A stretch of 64,000 nt of DNA from Lobosporangium transversale. Taxonomy: Eukaryota. Position 1 is the stretch's first letter. The number at the start of each line of letters is the position of its first letter. The translations under genes were made by a program, and so were the position numbers. Under the pieces are notes generated by a model that was given only the letters and a program-made list of their open reading frames with translations, searched no databases and was not told the DNA's origin. The DNA is taken from assembly GCF_002105155.1 (NCBI RefSeq), contig NW_019028996.1, forward strand, positions 1 through 64,000, given 5' to 3'. This document shows, one piece after another, positions 39,227-51,849 of the stretch.

Positions 39227-40713
39227 AGTTTGAATAGGTGAAGAGGTATTGAGGAAAGTGAAATTGAATGAGAATAAGTAGTTGGTCTGAAATGATTTTA
39301 AAATGAATGCAGAAAAAAGAATTGAAGTTCAAAGTCAAAGTCAGAGTCAGAGTCAAATGATTTTTTTTTTTTGGTGGCAAAAAAAAAAAACAGAAAGAGA
39401 CGGGTGCACAACCAATTCAAGATGATGAATGACTTCCCACTATCCTGGGTATCCCTCATGTCACATCACTAAACTTGAGATTAAGAATGCTTAGATTTTG
39501 ACTGAGGAGATGAATGTCACTAAAAAATCCATTTCAAGGATTCTGATAAGGTCCGTTGTCGATATTTTGATGTGTGCCCCAACCCAAAATAATGCATCAT
39601 GTTTGATAAACAAACAGTCAAACAACGGTATCTCCTTGATGTCATGAAATGCAACTTGTAATGATAGTACAGAGCAAGGCTATCATTTAGTGTAAATGAA
39701 TTAAAAAGAGTTGGATGACAACAAACACGAACCAATAACCTTGTTTGGGTCTCATAATTTTATGCCATCATCAACCCTGGGCCCTGTCCCATTTGTCCTG
39801 TGTCTGTGTGCGTGGGATGGTTTTTTTTTGAAGATGATGCGCACAAAAAGCTCTCAGGTGAGAATATTTTCATCCCTTTATAAATATACTATGCCAAACT
39901 GGAGTCGTTCGTCGTGGTTCGTCGTGATCCTGTGTTTGTTGATGTTTAAATTTGCATAAGTAACACGCGTCTTCAAACAGATATGATGTGCATTGCGACA
40001 TTGCATTGTGTAGAGAACGAGAACGTGTGTTGTGTGCATTTTGTTTACTTGTACATCCTGCCATGATTGACACTCGTGTCTTTGTGTCTTATATTGAAGC
40101 CAACCTTTCTCCTTTTTCTCTTGGTCTCATCTCTTCTTTTTTTCTTTTTCTTTCAATTCCATTTGCCATTTCATTCTCTTCTCATTCTCATCCGCATTCT
40201 CCTCATTTCAAGCTCTTCTGTTTTTTGTTTTGCTTTTGTAGCCAGACGCGCTTTTATTTTTACTTTCTTATCCTTGTATTTGTTCATTTGGCTCTCATAA
40301 TTTTTTATTTCCATCAATCTCTCACTTGTTCAGGACAGGGTCATAAACCAATAGAGCGTTCATTAAGTGGGAAAGATTACACAGACACTCAATTTCTCTT
40401 CTCCACACTTTACGTGTTCAAAAAGCTCATATCTCTTATTGCTTTGCCCATTTTTTTTTTCCTTCTTTCTTTCCTTCTTCCTTAGCATCTCCCTTCTCAT
40501 TCGGCTCTCCTTTACATTCGTTTCTTATATGCTTCTTCTGTCCATCTTGGACAAAGCATTTCTCCGCTCTACTTCCTTAATATTTTCGTGTTCACTATTC
40601 CTTTTGTACTTTATTTTTATTTTTGCTCACTCATCTTGTACATATACCAATACCAGACACATATTCTATTCACATCTACTCTTTCACTCGCACACATATC
40701 CACATTTTACATA

Positions 40714-43013
40714 ATGCCTCTTGCGCGCTGGGCCTTTAATATACGTCAACCGCTGTTGCTGGAAAACATCGAACCCCTTGTCACCTCACTCACAGATGAT
40801 GACAACCACGGACGGATAATTGTCCCAGTCTCAAATTTACTCAACTACCTCCCAAAAGTAGAAAGTGATACGATACGTCAACTTCATTTAGAAGACGACA
40901 TGAGACGAGCCTTAGTTGCACGTCTAATGATCCATGCCTTTTTTACTGCTCATCATCACTGTCAATGGGAGGATTTAGTCTTTGACGACTCTGAAAGTAC
41001 AAGACCAGTAGTGGTAATGTAAATTTTTTTTTTTCTATACCATCCCTATTCTTGCTATGCCCCATGTGGTGGAATTGGAGTTAATCATACTTCGCTTCTT
41101 CAGATAAGAAAAAAAAGTTAAAGGGATACTTTGTGCAACTGCACACAGCCCATATGCACAATGCAATAATAGACAATGCAACGTTTAATGTCTGAATATT
41201 TATGGAAATGGCGTCAAAAAAAAAATAAAAAAAAATAAAAAAAGGACCATGGGTTTTTTCTATTTGATTTCCACTAGTGGCTAATTGCCATTGTGCCTGT
41301 AATCATCTCCCGATTCTTTTGCCTTATCTGCCACCACTCTTGAACACATGCTTCGATTGAGGCAACTAAAAATATCATTCTTGTTCGACGCAGGGCTCGA
41401 TCCATCTATCTACACTACTCATATCTTAACATCGTAATTCGTTCCACTTCATACCATATACCCTGCGCTTCGCACCTCCCTGTTCCACTAGCGCATTTCT
41501 TTACTCGTGTTTCTCAGTTGCTAACGCTCCACATGGTCCGCTTGGTGCATTATATAAATAGCTATCACCGGAGTACCTAAAGAATGTCAGCTTCAACATC
41601 TCATATCATGGAGACTGGGTTATCCTTGTTGGTGAAACAGAATCAACCTCTGGTAGTCCGGTCCTCTTGGGAGTTGATGTCATGGACTTCCAGGAACAAG
41701 TTCCAGGAGAATCATTCGAGTCTTTTTCGTCTTGTTTTCAGGACCAGGTACGTCTATTTTCTCTTTTTTAAAAAAAGATAAAATAAAGGAAAGCTTTTTA
41801 TTCTATAATTGAGTTAATGGTGGAGCACATCAAAGTATAAAAGATTCTAGCTAAAATCTGTTGCCAAGCCGTGAAGACCCCATCTGTATATTGTGCATAA
41901 TATATATTTTGTATTTTTATTTTTATTTTTATTTTATTTTTTGTTAAAGTCTAACAAAGACTGTTTTCTTCTTAAAAGCCGTGCATCAATGTCAAAGTAA
42001 AAAGAAAAAAACTTCCTCAACTTTTCAGGCAAATGCCTATGTCGTCATTGTGATTCTCATTGTTGGATAACAATCATCCCAGGAGTCTAGACGACATGTT
42101 TGTGTAACATTGTTCATATTATAGGGTGTTCTGGCAATTACAGCTTTCTTCCTTATTTCTCCTTTCCCCCAAGTGCTTTGCATCATATCTGTAGGATACA
42201 CGTGATATAGTATTGATATTAACGATCCATATTTCTTTATGTAATCTCATCAACTTCAAGTTTACTGAGAAGGAGATCACTTTCATGGCCGAAGCCTCTG
42301 CCGAGGGTACGCAACCCTGTACCGAGACTCAATTAAAGCGATTCTATCGCTTGTGGTGTCTTAAGGAGTCTACAATAAAAGCACTCGATGTTCGGCCGGA
42401 TTTTGACCTTAAGACAATCGAATTCGTTATTCATGACGAAGAGGAAACTGAGAAGGTAAAAAGAGAAAAGAAGAGGAACAAGGGATTCACGTTCGTACAG
42501 CTTGTTGCGTTTTGACAAACCATTACCGCCTCTGGCACTTCCCCTTGCTCCAAAGTGCTTAAAAAAAAGCCACGTATCCATACCCATTACTATTTCATAG
42601 TCTCTTCTAAAGACGAAGCCTGGGTTCTTTAAATGGGTCACTACCCTCTGGCCCTTCCCATTCCTGGCTCGATTCTTTTTACAAAGAAAACAGAAATGGC
42701 TTTGTTATTGAATTAGATATAGACTTTACTTTTTCATCATGACTTTCTATTTCCAGTGGTCTATCTCTTACTTTTTTTTCTTCTTTTTTTTTTTTTTTAG
42801 CCTATCTTATCAACAGTGATAGAAGTACATGAACCAAAGCCAGAACAGCTCCCGGAAGAAGGTTGGGCCTTTGAGGAGGCACTATTGGATGCGGATCATT
42901 GCTATGCAATTGCAGCACAATCTCTGATGGAGAAGGCAATCCTGGATGGATCCGAGATCCGCCGGTTCGATTGGAAGGAGCTTCTCAAGGACGCAGTCCC
43001 ATACCCTGCATAA
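40714..43013 (+). CDS. Sfp-type 4'-phosphopantetheinyl transferase (Lys5/AASDHPPT family), divergent
   Basis: RWAFN, DDMRRALVARL, FNISYHGDW, GVDVM, FT.KE, FYRLWCLKESTIKA, WAFEE..LDADH. Three long in-phase introns (~41014-41560, 41748-42260, 42456-42800). Confidence 0.83.
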
Positions 43014-43285
43014 CTCATAGTTCATTAACTGTATCATACCAGTTCTTTTTCCTTTCTTTTTTTTCCTTTCTTACTGGCCCTTGTACTCGTACATTTTTTT
43101 ACATTCATAATCTCATTCATTTGTTCATGATTTTGACATGGGTTATGCCATTTGGGGGGCTGTAAAATGGATTCATGTCAGGGCTGTCGAGTCGCCAACG
43201 CTTTCAGACAAAGAGAAATCAAGATTAACTTTTTTTTCTCTTGTATAAATGACTTTTGTATAATAAAGCTTCAGCTATCTAAAGA

Positions 43286-44257
43286 CTATTTCTTCTGATT
43301 CTGGCTCCATTCCTCAATACTCAATTCCAGAACCACTCTCTCTCCCATCCATTCAGGAGTGCGACCAATTTGACGGAAGCCAAATCTGTGGAACAATCTC
43401 AGAGCGGGAACCTGGAATGCTTGTAACACGACCTTGACTGTCTTGATCTTGTTCTTTCTGCTATTGCTGTTCTCAATTCTATTATAGCTATCTGTCAATT
43501 GCTCCATTGCAGCCTTGAGGAGTAGGGCACCACAACCCTTGCGTTGATAATTTTCTTGAACAACCCAACAGACTAACTGAGCCTCACGATGGGATATATC
43601 CACCAGGGCACCAATGCATCCAATGGCCTCCTCATTTTTCTGCAGTACCCAAAACTTGTTGTCCTTGCGTACATCATTGATCGCTGCAACTGGCACGGAT
43701 GCTGCTGTAGTGGCGGCTGAAGAGGATATTCTAGATGTAGATCGCCTCTGGACAGTCCGGACATTCACATCTGAAGTAGATACTTCAAAATAATCATCCT
43801 CCTTAGTATACTCTGATAAATTTAATTCTTTCTTATGTTTTTGCTGCTGCTGCTGTCCATGTCCCTGTTCCTGTTCTTGTTCCTGTTCCTGTTCCTGTTC
43901 CTGAGTTTGGTCTTGGTCCTCAAACAGGTTCAGTTTGCCCATTACTTCAGGTCCAGGTGCTTGTGATGTGGCGTCGTACAACAGTGAAAGGAACAAGATT
44001 CCCTGTGCGAGGATGATAGAGCCAGCAAAGATTGTGAGCACTTCAAGGATATCTAGGAGCTGAGTCCGACGATATTTCAAAATCGCAGTCGAAATGGCTG
44101 TCCAGAGGATCAAGATTATAGGACGAAGCCGAAGAAAATTGAACAGGGCGGGAACAGACCGCATATGTGCGTCTAATATCAGTTGGGCCACTCCTGCCCG
44201 GTTCCTGGATGTCAACATCTGAACTCTCAAGGGAAATGAAGATGAAGGAGAGGACAT
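43286..44257 (-). CDS. GNAT N-acetyltransferase with N-terminal hydrophobic segments (NAT8-like layout)
   Basis: Single exon from probable ATG 44257. Two hydrophobic stretches, a QE repeat, FWV...IGCIG, acetyl-CoA motif YQRKGCG, and QVPALRLFHRFGF. Confidence 0.72.
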   Translation of the reverse strand: MSSPSSSFPLRVQMLTSRNRAGVAQLILDAHMRSVPALFNFLRLRPIILILWTAISTAILKYRRTQLLDILEVLTIFAGSIILAQGILFLSLLYDATSQAPGPEVMGKLNLFEDQDQTQEQEQEQEQEQEQGHGQQQQQKHKKELNLSEYTKEDDYFEVSTSDVNVRTVQRRSTSRISSSAATTAASVPVAAINDVRKDNKFWVLQKNEEAIGCIGALVDISHREAQLVCWVVQENYQRKGCGALLLKAAMEQLTDSYNRIENSNSRKNKIKTVKVVLQAFQVPALRLFHRFGFRQIGRTPEWMGERVVLELSIEEWSQNQKK

Positions 44258-44608
44258 CCTTGTTCGTTTTAAGTTCTCTTCACAAAAATAAATAAAATAA
44301 AAAGGAGAGCGTAAGTGGGCAAGAGGGATGAGGAATGAGAGAAAAAGAGATGAGAGGTGAGATGACCAAGAGGAACGAGGCACTCTCCACAAATGCTCGT
44401 TCTAAGGTCAAGTGAACTTTAAACTCAATGTTTACACACACGTTATGACAAGAAAAGGCTATTTGTCCAAAACCAATCAATCACAAAGTCAAAATGAAAA
44501 TTTTGCCCACGACGACTTCCAAAAAACTGGCTCGCACCCACACAGAGAACACAAAAAAGAAAACATCAAAGTACTACTACAAACTTTGTTTATTCAAGTC
44601 TGTCAAAG

Positions 44609-44638
44609 TGCTAATGCTAATGCTAATGCTAATGCTAA
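44609..44638. repeat. (TGCTAA)x5 microsatellite abutting a poly(A) run
   Basis: Read directly from the sequence. Confidence 0.85.
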
Positions 44639-45863
44639 AAAAAAAAAAAAAAAAAAAAAAGAATTAGTGAACTATTGAATTGTCAAAAGTATTCCATCAA
44701 GCATTGTTCATGTTTATGAATTCAAAAGCTGAAGAGAAGAACATCAAAGAAATGGGATTTAAAGGCCAACCAGCAGTCTAAAAGCTTGATCGGATAAAGA
44801 GGCGTATCTCATTATTTTTTAAAAGAAGACAAGGCTCAAACTTGGGGACCATGTCGAGATGAGTAGATCCTCTTCATTCTTTAAAGCGTTTTAAGAGTGC
44901 AACTCATACATTGTATGCATATCGCCAAGGCATAACTGTGCTGGAACTTTCCTGAACTTCCCCAGAGATCCGTTACACAGTTAAAATAAACGCAAATCAA
45001 CTGTGATATATATTATATATATATCATATTATGACATATTTATATATATATCTATGTATATTTGTACATACAAGCTTAATCAACTCCGATATGTTTGGTG
45101 GTTATATGGTCCTATCAACCTTTCAATATATAGCATCTGCTCCAATGATGGCTATTTCACTTCAATTTGGCCCCAGATGTATTATCTTTTATAAAAGATG
45201 TTGTTAATCTACAACCTGCAGAGTGAGGAGAATGGAGTAGACAATGGTCTTTCCATTGGATGTTCCTGCGTAATTTCCAGACTTATTATGGGACACATAT
45301 TCTCTTATTTTGTCCCGGAGTTACTTTAGCTCGTATACCATCTGTATTTTCGCTGGCCAAGCTTTCCAAGGAAATCCTCTCTTTTGTATTTTTCAGTAGG
45401 TCTAAAAAGAGCTTTTCTCGATTTTCTACCCATTGTTGTGGCAATGAGGTTGGACGCTTTATTTTATTTACTGGTTGAACCATTGAACAAGACTCAACGG
45501 AATTTGCTGCGCTGTATATTATACCAAGACAAGACGAACTTGAGTAGGAGATAAGGTAATGATAGAAGACGAGATAAAGCACTAATAACGAATAAAAGCG
45601 AGAGTCCAAAAGCACTATTGGTATGTTGAGAAGGATAGGCATCTAGATAAAGGCATATTGGTAATAAGAATAGTAATAATAATAGGATGAAGCCGGTAGA
45701 GGAGAAATAAAGCAATTGGTAAGAGTAAGAGGTGGGAGGAACGTTGATGAATTTGATTATGAAGCGCAATGGAAACAAGGTACAGAGCAAGAAATATATA
45801 AAACAAAAACCATCTCTTGTCCAAAAATAAAATAAAATAAAAAAAATCCTTCGATGATTTTGA

Positions 45864-47558
45864 TCAAGACCAGACTTTCAAAGTGGTATCCCAGCTTCCA
45901 GTGCACATTGCCATACCGTCGCTTGCAACTCCTAGACAGCTAACACGATTCTCATGTCCAGTCAAGACGCCTACACGTTCGCCTCGAAGAGTATCCCAAA
46001 CATTGCAGTTAAAATCATCATATCCTGCAAACATGAGACGGCCAGAGATCGAGAACGCCACTGAAGTGATACCACAAAGGATATTGTCATGTGTATAAAT
46101 GTTCATCTCCCGATCTGCACGAAGATCGAATAGACGGCATGATGCATCATCTGATCCTGTTCCAAATGCATCTCCGTTAGGGAAGAACCTAACCGTAGAT
46201 GATAAAGATGAACGATGTTTGATGTTTAGTCTTTAGATTCTAATTTGATAGGTAGTAATAAACGTAAAAATCATAGTCCTGCCAAAAACTTACTGCACGG
46301 CATTGATATCTGACTCGTGACCAGTAAAGGTTTGGACACAGCGTCCTGACCGAATGTCCCATACTTTGGCTGTAGAATCACATGCACCAGAGACAAATAA
46401 GCGCTGATCAGGAGAAATCGATAAGCTTTTGAAGAAGAAGAAAAAAGGCATGAACAACCATTTCTAAGGCCATGATAGTAAGGGTTCTCTTTTATGAATG
46501 GAGAAGTCAGATGCGTTAATAATGTACACTCTAATACCTCATGACATCGCCTGTGTGGTCGTTAAATTCCATGGTTTTGATGCCAGCATCGACATCCCAC
46601 AGCATACAGCTCATGTCTCCACTTGAAGTCAGAATCTGCCGGTCATTTAAGAAACGACAGCAGGACAGATATCCAGAATGTGCGCTCAGTTCACGTGCTA
46701 CCTTGACAGATCCTTCCCGTGTACGGAGGTTGTAAATTGAGCACATGTTGTCAAGTCCACCACATGCGACAAAATTGCCTGTAGGTGCATAAGCACATGT
46801 CATTACCCAGGATGAGCGCAAGGGGATGGCATAGACCTTGTTGGTAGTGTAGGCATCCCAGACAATTAGCTTGCCATCCTGTGAGGCCGAGACCAAGTGC
46901 CTCTTATCGGTTGCCCAATGCATGGCATAGATTTTTGCCAGATGGCCCTTGAGCACCCTCCGAATGCGCATTCCAATGCGAGTCAAGGGCTCCAGATCTT
47001 GAGACATAACTCGTACTATAAATTGCATTATCCATCCCATGGCGATTCAAGACGTGGAGACAGTGATGCGGGCAGAGAGAAAGTCGGGATAGAGCAAAGG
47101 GAGCAGAAGGCAAGATAAAGTAGAACAAAATGAGTATAGTATGTAAGTGTCATTAAAAAGAAATATTAAAAGAGGATCATTGCTTGTAGATATTTTATCA
47201 TGCTATATTCTGTCTCGTCTCCGTTGCTTAACATTGCAAGGTGGCAAGGGCAGGCCAAAAGACAAGAGAGAATCGTTCACTAGTGGACAAGAGACCACTC
47301 TTTTTTGTAATTTAACATTGTCAGGTTGTAAAGGAGAAAATTTTTCTGTGAAATAAATACATGTGCATTAACAAAAAAGGTTTGGGCGAAGACCACTTTC
47401 CTGTTCTGTAAGCAAAAATTAGACTCTGTAAGGCAATGTGGACCAAGTTACTTACATGACGTGTCATTGAGGGCCTGTTTTTTCTCTCTGATTTTGTCCT
47501 TTAGGAACTCGGCTTCTTTGCGCGCATTAGCAATGCGCTCGGCCATATCATTACTCAT
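45864..47558 (-). CDS. GPB1: Heterotrimeric G-protein beta subunit (4 exons)
   Basis: [17 protein letters not shown]..., [69 protein letters not shown]. Confidence 0.96.
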
Positions 47559-47708
47559 ACTGGTGGTGGTTGTGCGGTAGTATTATGGAATAGATCAAGA
47601 AAGACACTAAAAAAAAAAAAAAAAAAAAAAAAATTAGGAAGATTGAAAAGCGGGAATGAAGAACGACAAATAAAGCCGTGCAATTAAGCAGAAGAAAAAA
47701 AAAAAAAA

Positions 47709-47741
<33 letters not shown>

Positions 47742-50052
47742 CGACAATATCAGTTGAAGTGGGCGACTTTTTTTTTTTTTTCTTCATTTGATATGAGAGC
47801 CTGAAAAATTCAAGATGCAAGGGAAAATAAAAAAAACGTCCAGTCTGTAAACATGCAGAAATAATAAAAGCTTTCTCTTCCTCTCCCCCAAAAAAAGGCG
47901 ATACGAAATCGGAAAGAGGAAAAGAGAGTATTTGCGAATGTGTATATTTGTCAAAGAAGGTAGACATCGACATTGAAACAGATAGGCATTGACAAACAAT
48001 GAGAACAAGAAAACAAACAGCAAGGAAAATAATGGCGACTAACAACTTAAAAAAAAAAAAAAAAAAAACAGATGCTACGCTCATCTTCTCTCAGGCCTTG
48101 CCGACTAAACATTTGTCTATTTTTTTCTCCACAAATTTTTCTTCAAGCTCACATCAGATTGTAATATTTGTTATATTTCTGATGTGTTTAAATTATTTCC
48201 ATTTTCCATTGTTCTTTTTCGACAAAGAGTAACATGAACTTGATTGAATAGGATTTGTGATGATTATCATTGGTGATATTTATACATGTTATTTGGGTAT
48301 AAGGACACCAAGCGCGAAGATTGGAATACATCTTTTTTTTAGTATCAAAAAGAGGAGGACTATGAAATAGGCTCAAATGTACAAGTTGATTGTTTCCAAT
48401 GTACAGCAAGGATATCATACATACAATAGGAGTTGAATGTAGTTGTCGATGTGTAAAAAAGGTATGATGAAAAAGTAATAAAAGGATGGGAAGGGAATAG
48501 TTTTGAATGTATTGCAGTAAAGTTGAATGAGGGAGCAAAAAAGAATGAGATGAGATGGAGATGAGATGTGTATAAAGCTGATTAGAAAGGCGGAAAGAAG
48601 AGAGAAAAGGAAAGAGAGTGTGAGGAAGAAGAGAGTATGTGAGGAAGAAGAGAATGAGTGAGGAAGAGGAGAGAGAAAGAGAGAGAGAGAAATGTTTGGA
48701 GACAAATGAGACGAACAATAAGCGGGAAAAATAAAAAGGAAAAAGAGATGAATAAAAAAGGGGGGAAGAAAAAAAGGTGGAGAAGAGTACAAAAAGGACA
48801 ATTGGGCACGACAACGAGGACTATTTATTTTGATTTGATTTGCATTTGGATTGTCTTTCTATCCTATCCTCTGTCTTCATCCGGAGACAGCCTTCCCCAT
48901 CACTGATCCTGACCACACCCAAAGGCAGTGCAGTCCCAATTGAATTGACAAAGCAGACGCGACATCCAACATTCCAATCGTAAAAAAAAAATTGAACCGT
49001 TGCGAAAACGGTCCCCTTCCTCCTTTCCCTCCCCCTTTTTTTTCTTACATTGGCAGATCTAGTAATCAAAATCAATCAAAAGGAGGGGAAAAAAAAAAAA
49101 AAAAGAGAGAGATAGAGAAGAGAGAGAGCAGCATTAGATCTAAAGGTTGCTTTGCAAGTGCTCTGCAGTCTGCACAACAATTGGTAAACAAGAGAGCATG
49201 GTTGAAAAATAAAATCAGAAGCGAGGGGTTTGCCTGTCAAAGTACGGAGATTTTGCGCAGACGGACATTGTATGATTTTCTTGCAGCTAAAGGGGTTCCG
49301 GCATACATAAAAAGAGAAAAAGAGAAAGAGACCGAGACTGGGCAGACAACAGCCATTGTAAAACGGAGAGAGAAGAAAACAAAAAACCGTAAAAAAGGCA
49401 AATCCTCTTCAATCATTGATTGTTTCATCAAGGACGTCTTCAACTGACATAGCCATCAATAATTGGATCATGTTACATTTTTGGACACGTCAAAAAAAAA
49501 AGCCAAAAAACTTTGTATGCACCGCAGAGGTTGTCAGTCAATGTAACGGACATCTGCGTGTGCACCAAGAAACTGCCTTGAGAAACACGTCCTTCTTATC
49601 GAGTGTCTCTGAATTTTGAAACGCGTCATGGCCACTAAAGTAGGAAAAATAAAAAAGACAAACAACGATTAAAGAATTCATTATCAAACATTCCATTCAC
49701 TTTTTTTTTTTTTTTTTTTTTTTTTTGCTTATCATAAGGCAGACGGACAACTTGATCGTCTATCGCCTAACCTTCATAGACATATTAAAGTAATCACCCT
49801 TCTATCATTGATTAGTCTTCTATCAGAGAGAAACCTAGCATCCCGAACCACTGAAATCAATAGGCCTTTGTTTGACCACTTGTTTTTCTCACTATTGTCC
49901 TAGAGTAGCCGCAGCCGTAGCCGCAGCAATTTTACTCAAAGCAAATATTAACCCAACTCCAAAAAAAAAAAAAAAAAAAAAAAAACTATTTCTTTACCGC
50001 CCCACACTGACAATAGATTCAATTCAGTTCTGACCAAACATTACAATTTCAA

Positions 50053-50893
50053 ATGGATCCCGAGGCATTCTTCGGTAAATTGCTTGGAATTACAAAACAA
50101 TTTAATCATAAAAAAAAAATAATCGATGCTTCAAAATCTCGCTGACAATTTGTAATCGCATGCCATTGTCTTTCAGCCCACCAAGAGAAACTAGTGCAGG
50201 AGGAGCGTGATTTCGAACTGTTAGAGATCCAAAGGATCTTTGAAGCATGCACTCCAGCCCAATTAGCAAAGAAGGGGCTTGCCCTACTGGGTTTAACCGT
50301 TGTAAACATTAAAACTGGGGCTGGAGGCAAAAGGTACGAATAACTATTATGACTAACGGCCACATTACCAACTAGTATCTTAATACAAGCACAGCCTCGA
50401 CTAACTATGTTCTGTTGATATTGGGTAAGCAAGCTTAGTAGATCTTGAACTTTCTCATGCAACTTCAACCAGTCCAGCTTTACCATCCCATAAGATGAGA
50501 GTGGGGGATATTGTCGCTCTAGAAGAGCACGGTACTGGAAGCAAAGGCAAACCCATGAAGGCTAGCTGGAAACCAAAATTAGAAGGCGTTGTTTTTCGAA
50601 TCACAGAAACAACCATTGTGGTTGCAATCAAATCCAAAAAGGAAGGAGAGAATGAAGAAGAGATACCGAAGGAAGTTCAGGAGCGATGTCGATTGTATGC
50701 TAAAATGGTTATCTTTCATTGTTATTTTTTTTTGTTCTGACCTTCTTTTTAAAATAATGAAGAATATGCTACTGAGTAAATCACTGCCCTGGAAACCATT
50801 AGGATCAAGTTGGCAAACAATGTCACTTATGAGAGGTAATCATTTGAAAAGGACGACGTGAACGCTCAGACCAATTTGATTACACAACTGATA

Positions 50894-50926
<33 letters not shown>

Positions 50927-51812
50927 CAAACTTTACCGGTGTATTAAGGATGATTTCACAGATGAAGTTCCTGAAAGACGCTCTGTCCCAGGTCTCAACC
51001 AATAGCCTACCACTACCACTCATAAACGTGCTATTTGGCCGACAAAATCCAACCTTTGATGACGCTTGGTCAGATTTGCAAAAAATTCAATTCTTGGATC
51101 CCATGTTAAATCCATCTCAACAAGAGGCTGTGCGATTTGCGCTTGCAGCAGAACAGGTTGCTTTGATTCATGGACCTCCAGGTACAGGAAAGACTTTCAC
51201 GCTCGTGGAACTGGTCCGGCAATTCGTCTTGCAGAAGAAGCGGGTCCTGGTATGTGGACCTTCAAATATTAGTGTCGGTAGGTGGCTATTACATAGATTA
51301 TACAATAATCTTGATAATTGAGGCTGGAAAATTGCGCAATAATGCCATAGGATAACCGCTCTATATTAATACTCGCATTGTATGCCTATTAGACAATTTG
51401 GTGGAGCGGTTATCCGCTTATCGACTCAACATTGTCCGAGTAGGCCACCCAGCTCGTGTACTACCTAGCGTATTGGACCATTCACTTGATGTACTTTCAA
51501 GAACAAGTGATCAAGGAAGACTTGTGAACGACATCCGTGTGGAACTCGATGAGACTTTTCAAAAAATCCAGAAATGCAAATTTCGTTCCGAGCGCAAACA
51601 ACTCTTTCAGGAGGTTAAGCAGCTGCGAAAGGACTTTAGAACACGTGAAAAATTGGTGGTTAAAGAGCTAGTCCAGGGTGCCAGCGTAGTTCTAAGCACG
51701 TTAAACGGGTGTGCAGCTAAACCACTCTGGGGAGAAAAATTCGATATCGTTATTATTGATGAAGCTACACAGGCACTGGAAGGTAAAGATGGCACCGATT
51801 TCTGTGCGTATA

Positions 51813-51849
<37 letters not shown>

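Noticed and set aside
39988..40713. Overlapping 115-165 aa hydrophobic ORFs upstream of the PPTase
   Set aside because: T-rich 5' region lacking stops by composition; the real start is at 40714.
47551..49447. Long Phe/Leu- or Lys/Arg-rich ORFs upstream of G-beta
   Set aside because: Artifacts of pyrimidine/purine-rich low-complexity promoter/UTR DNA; no motifs.
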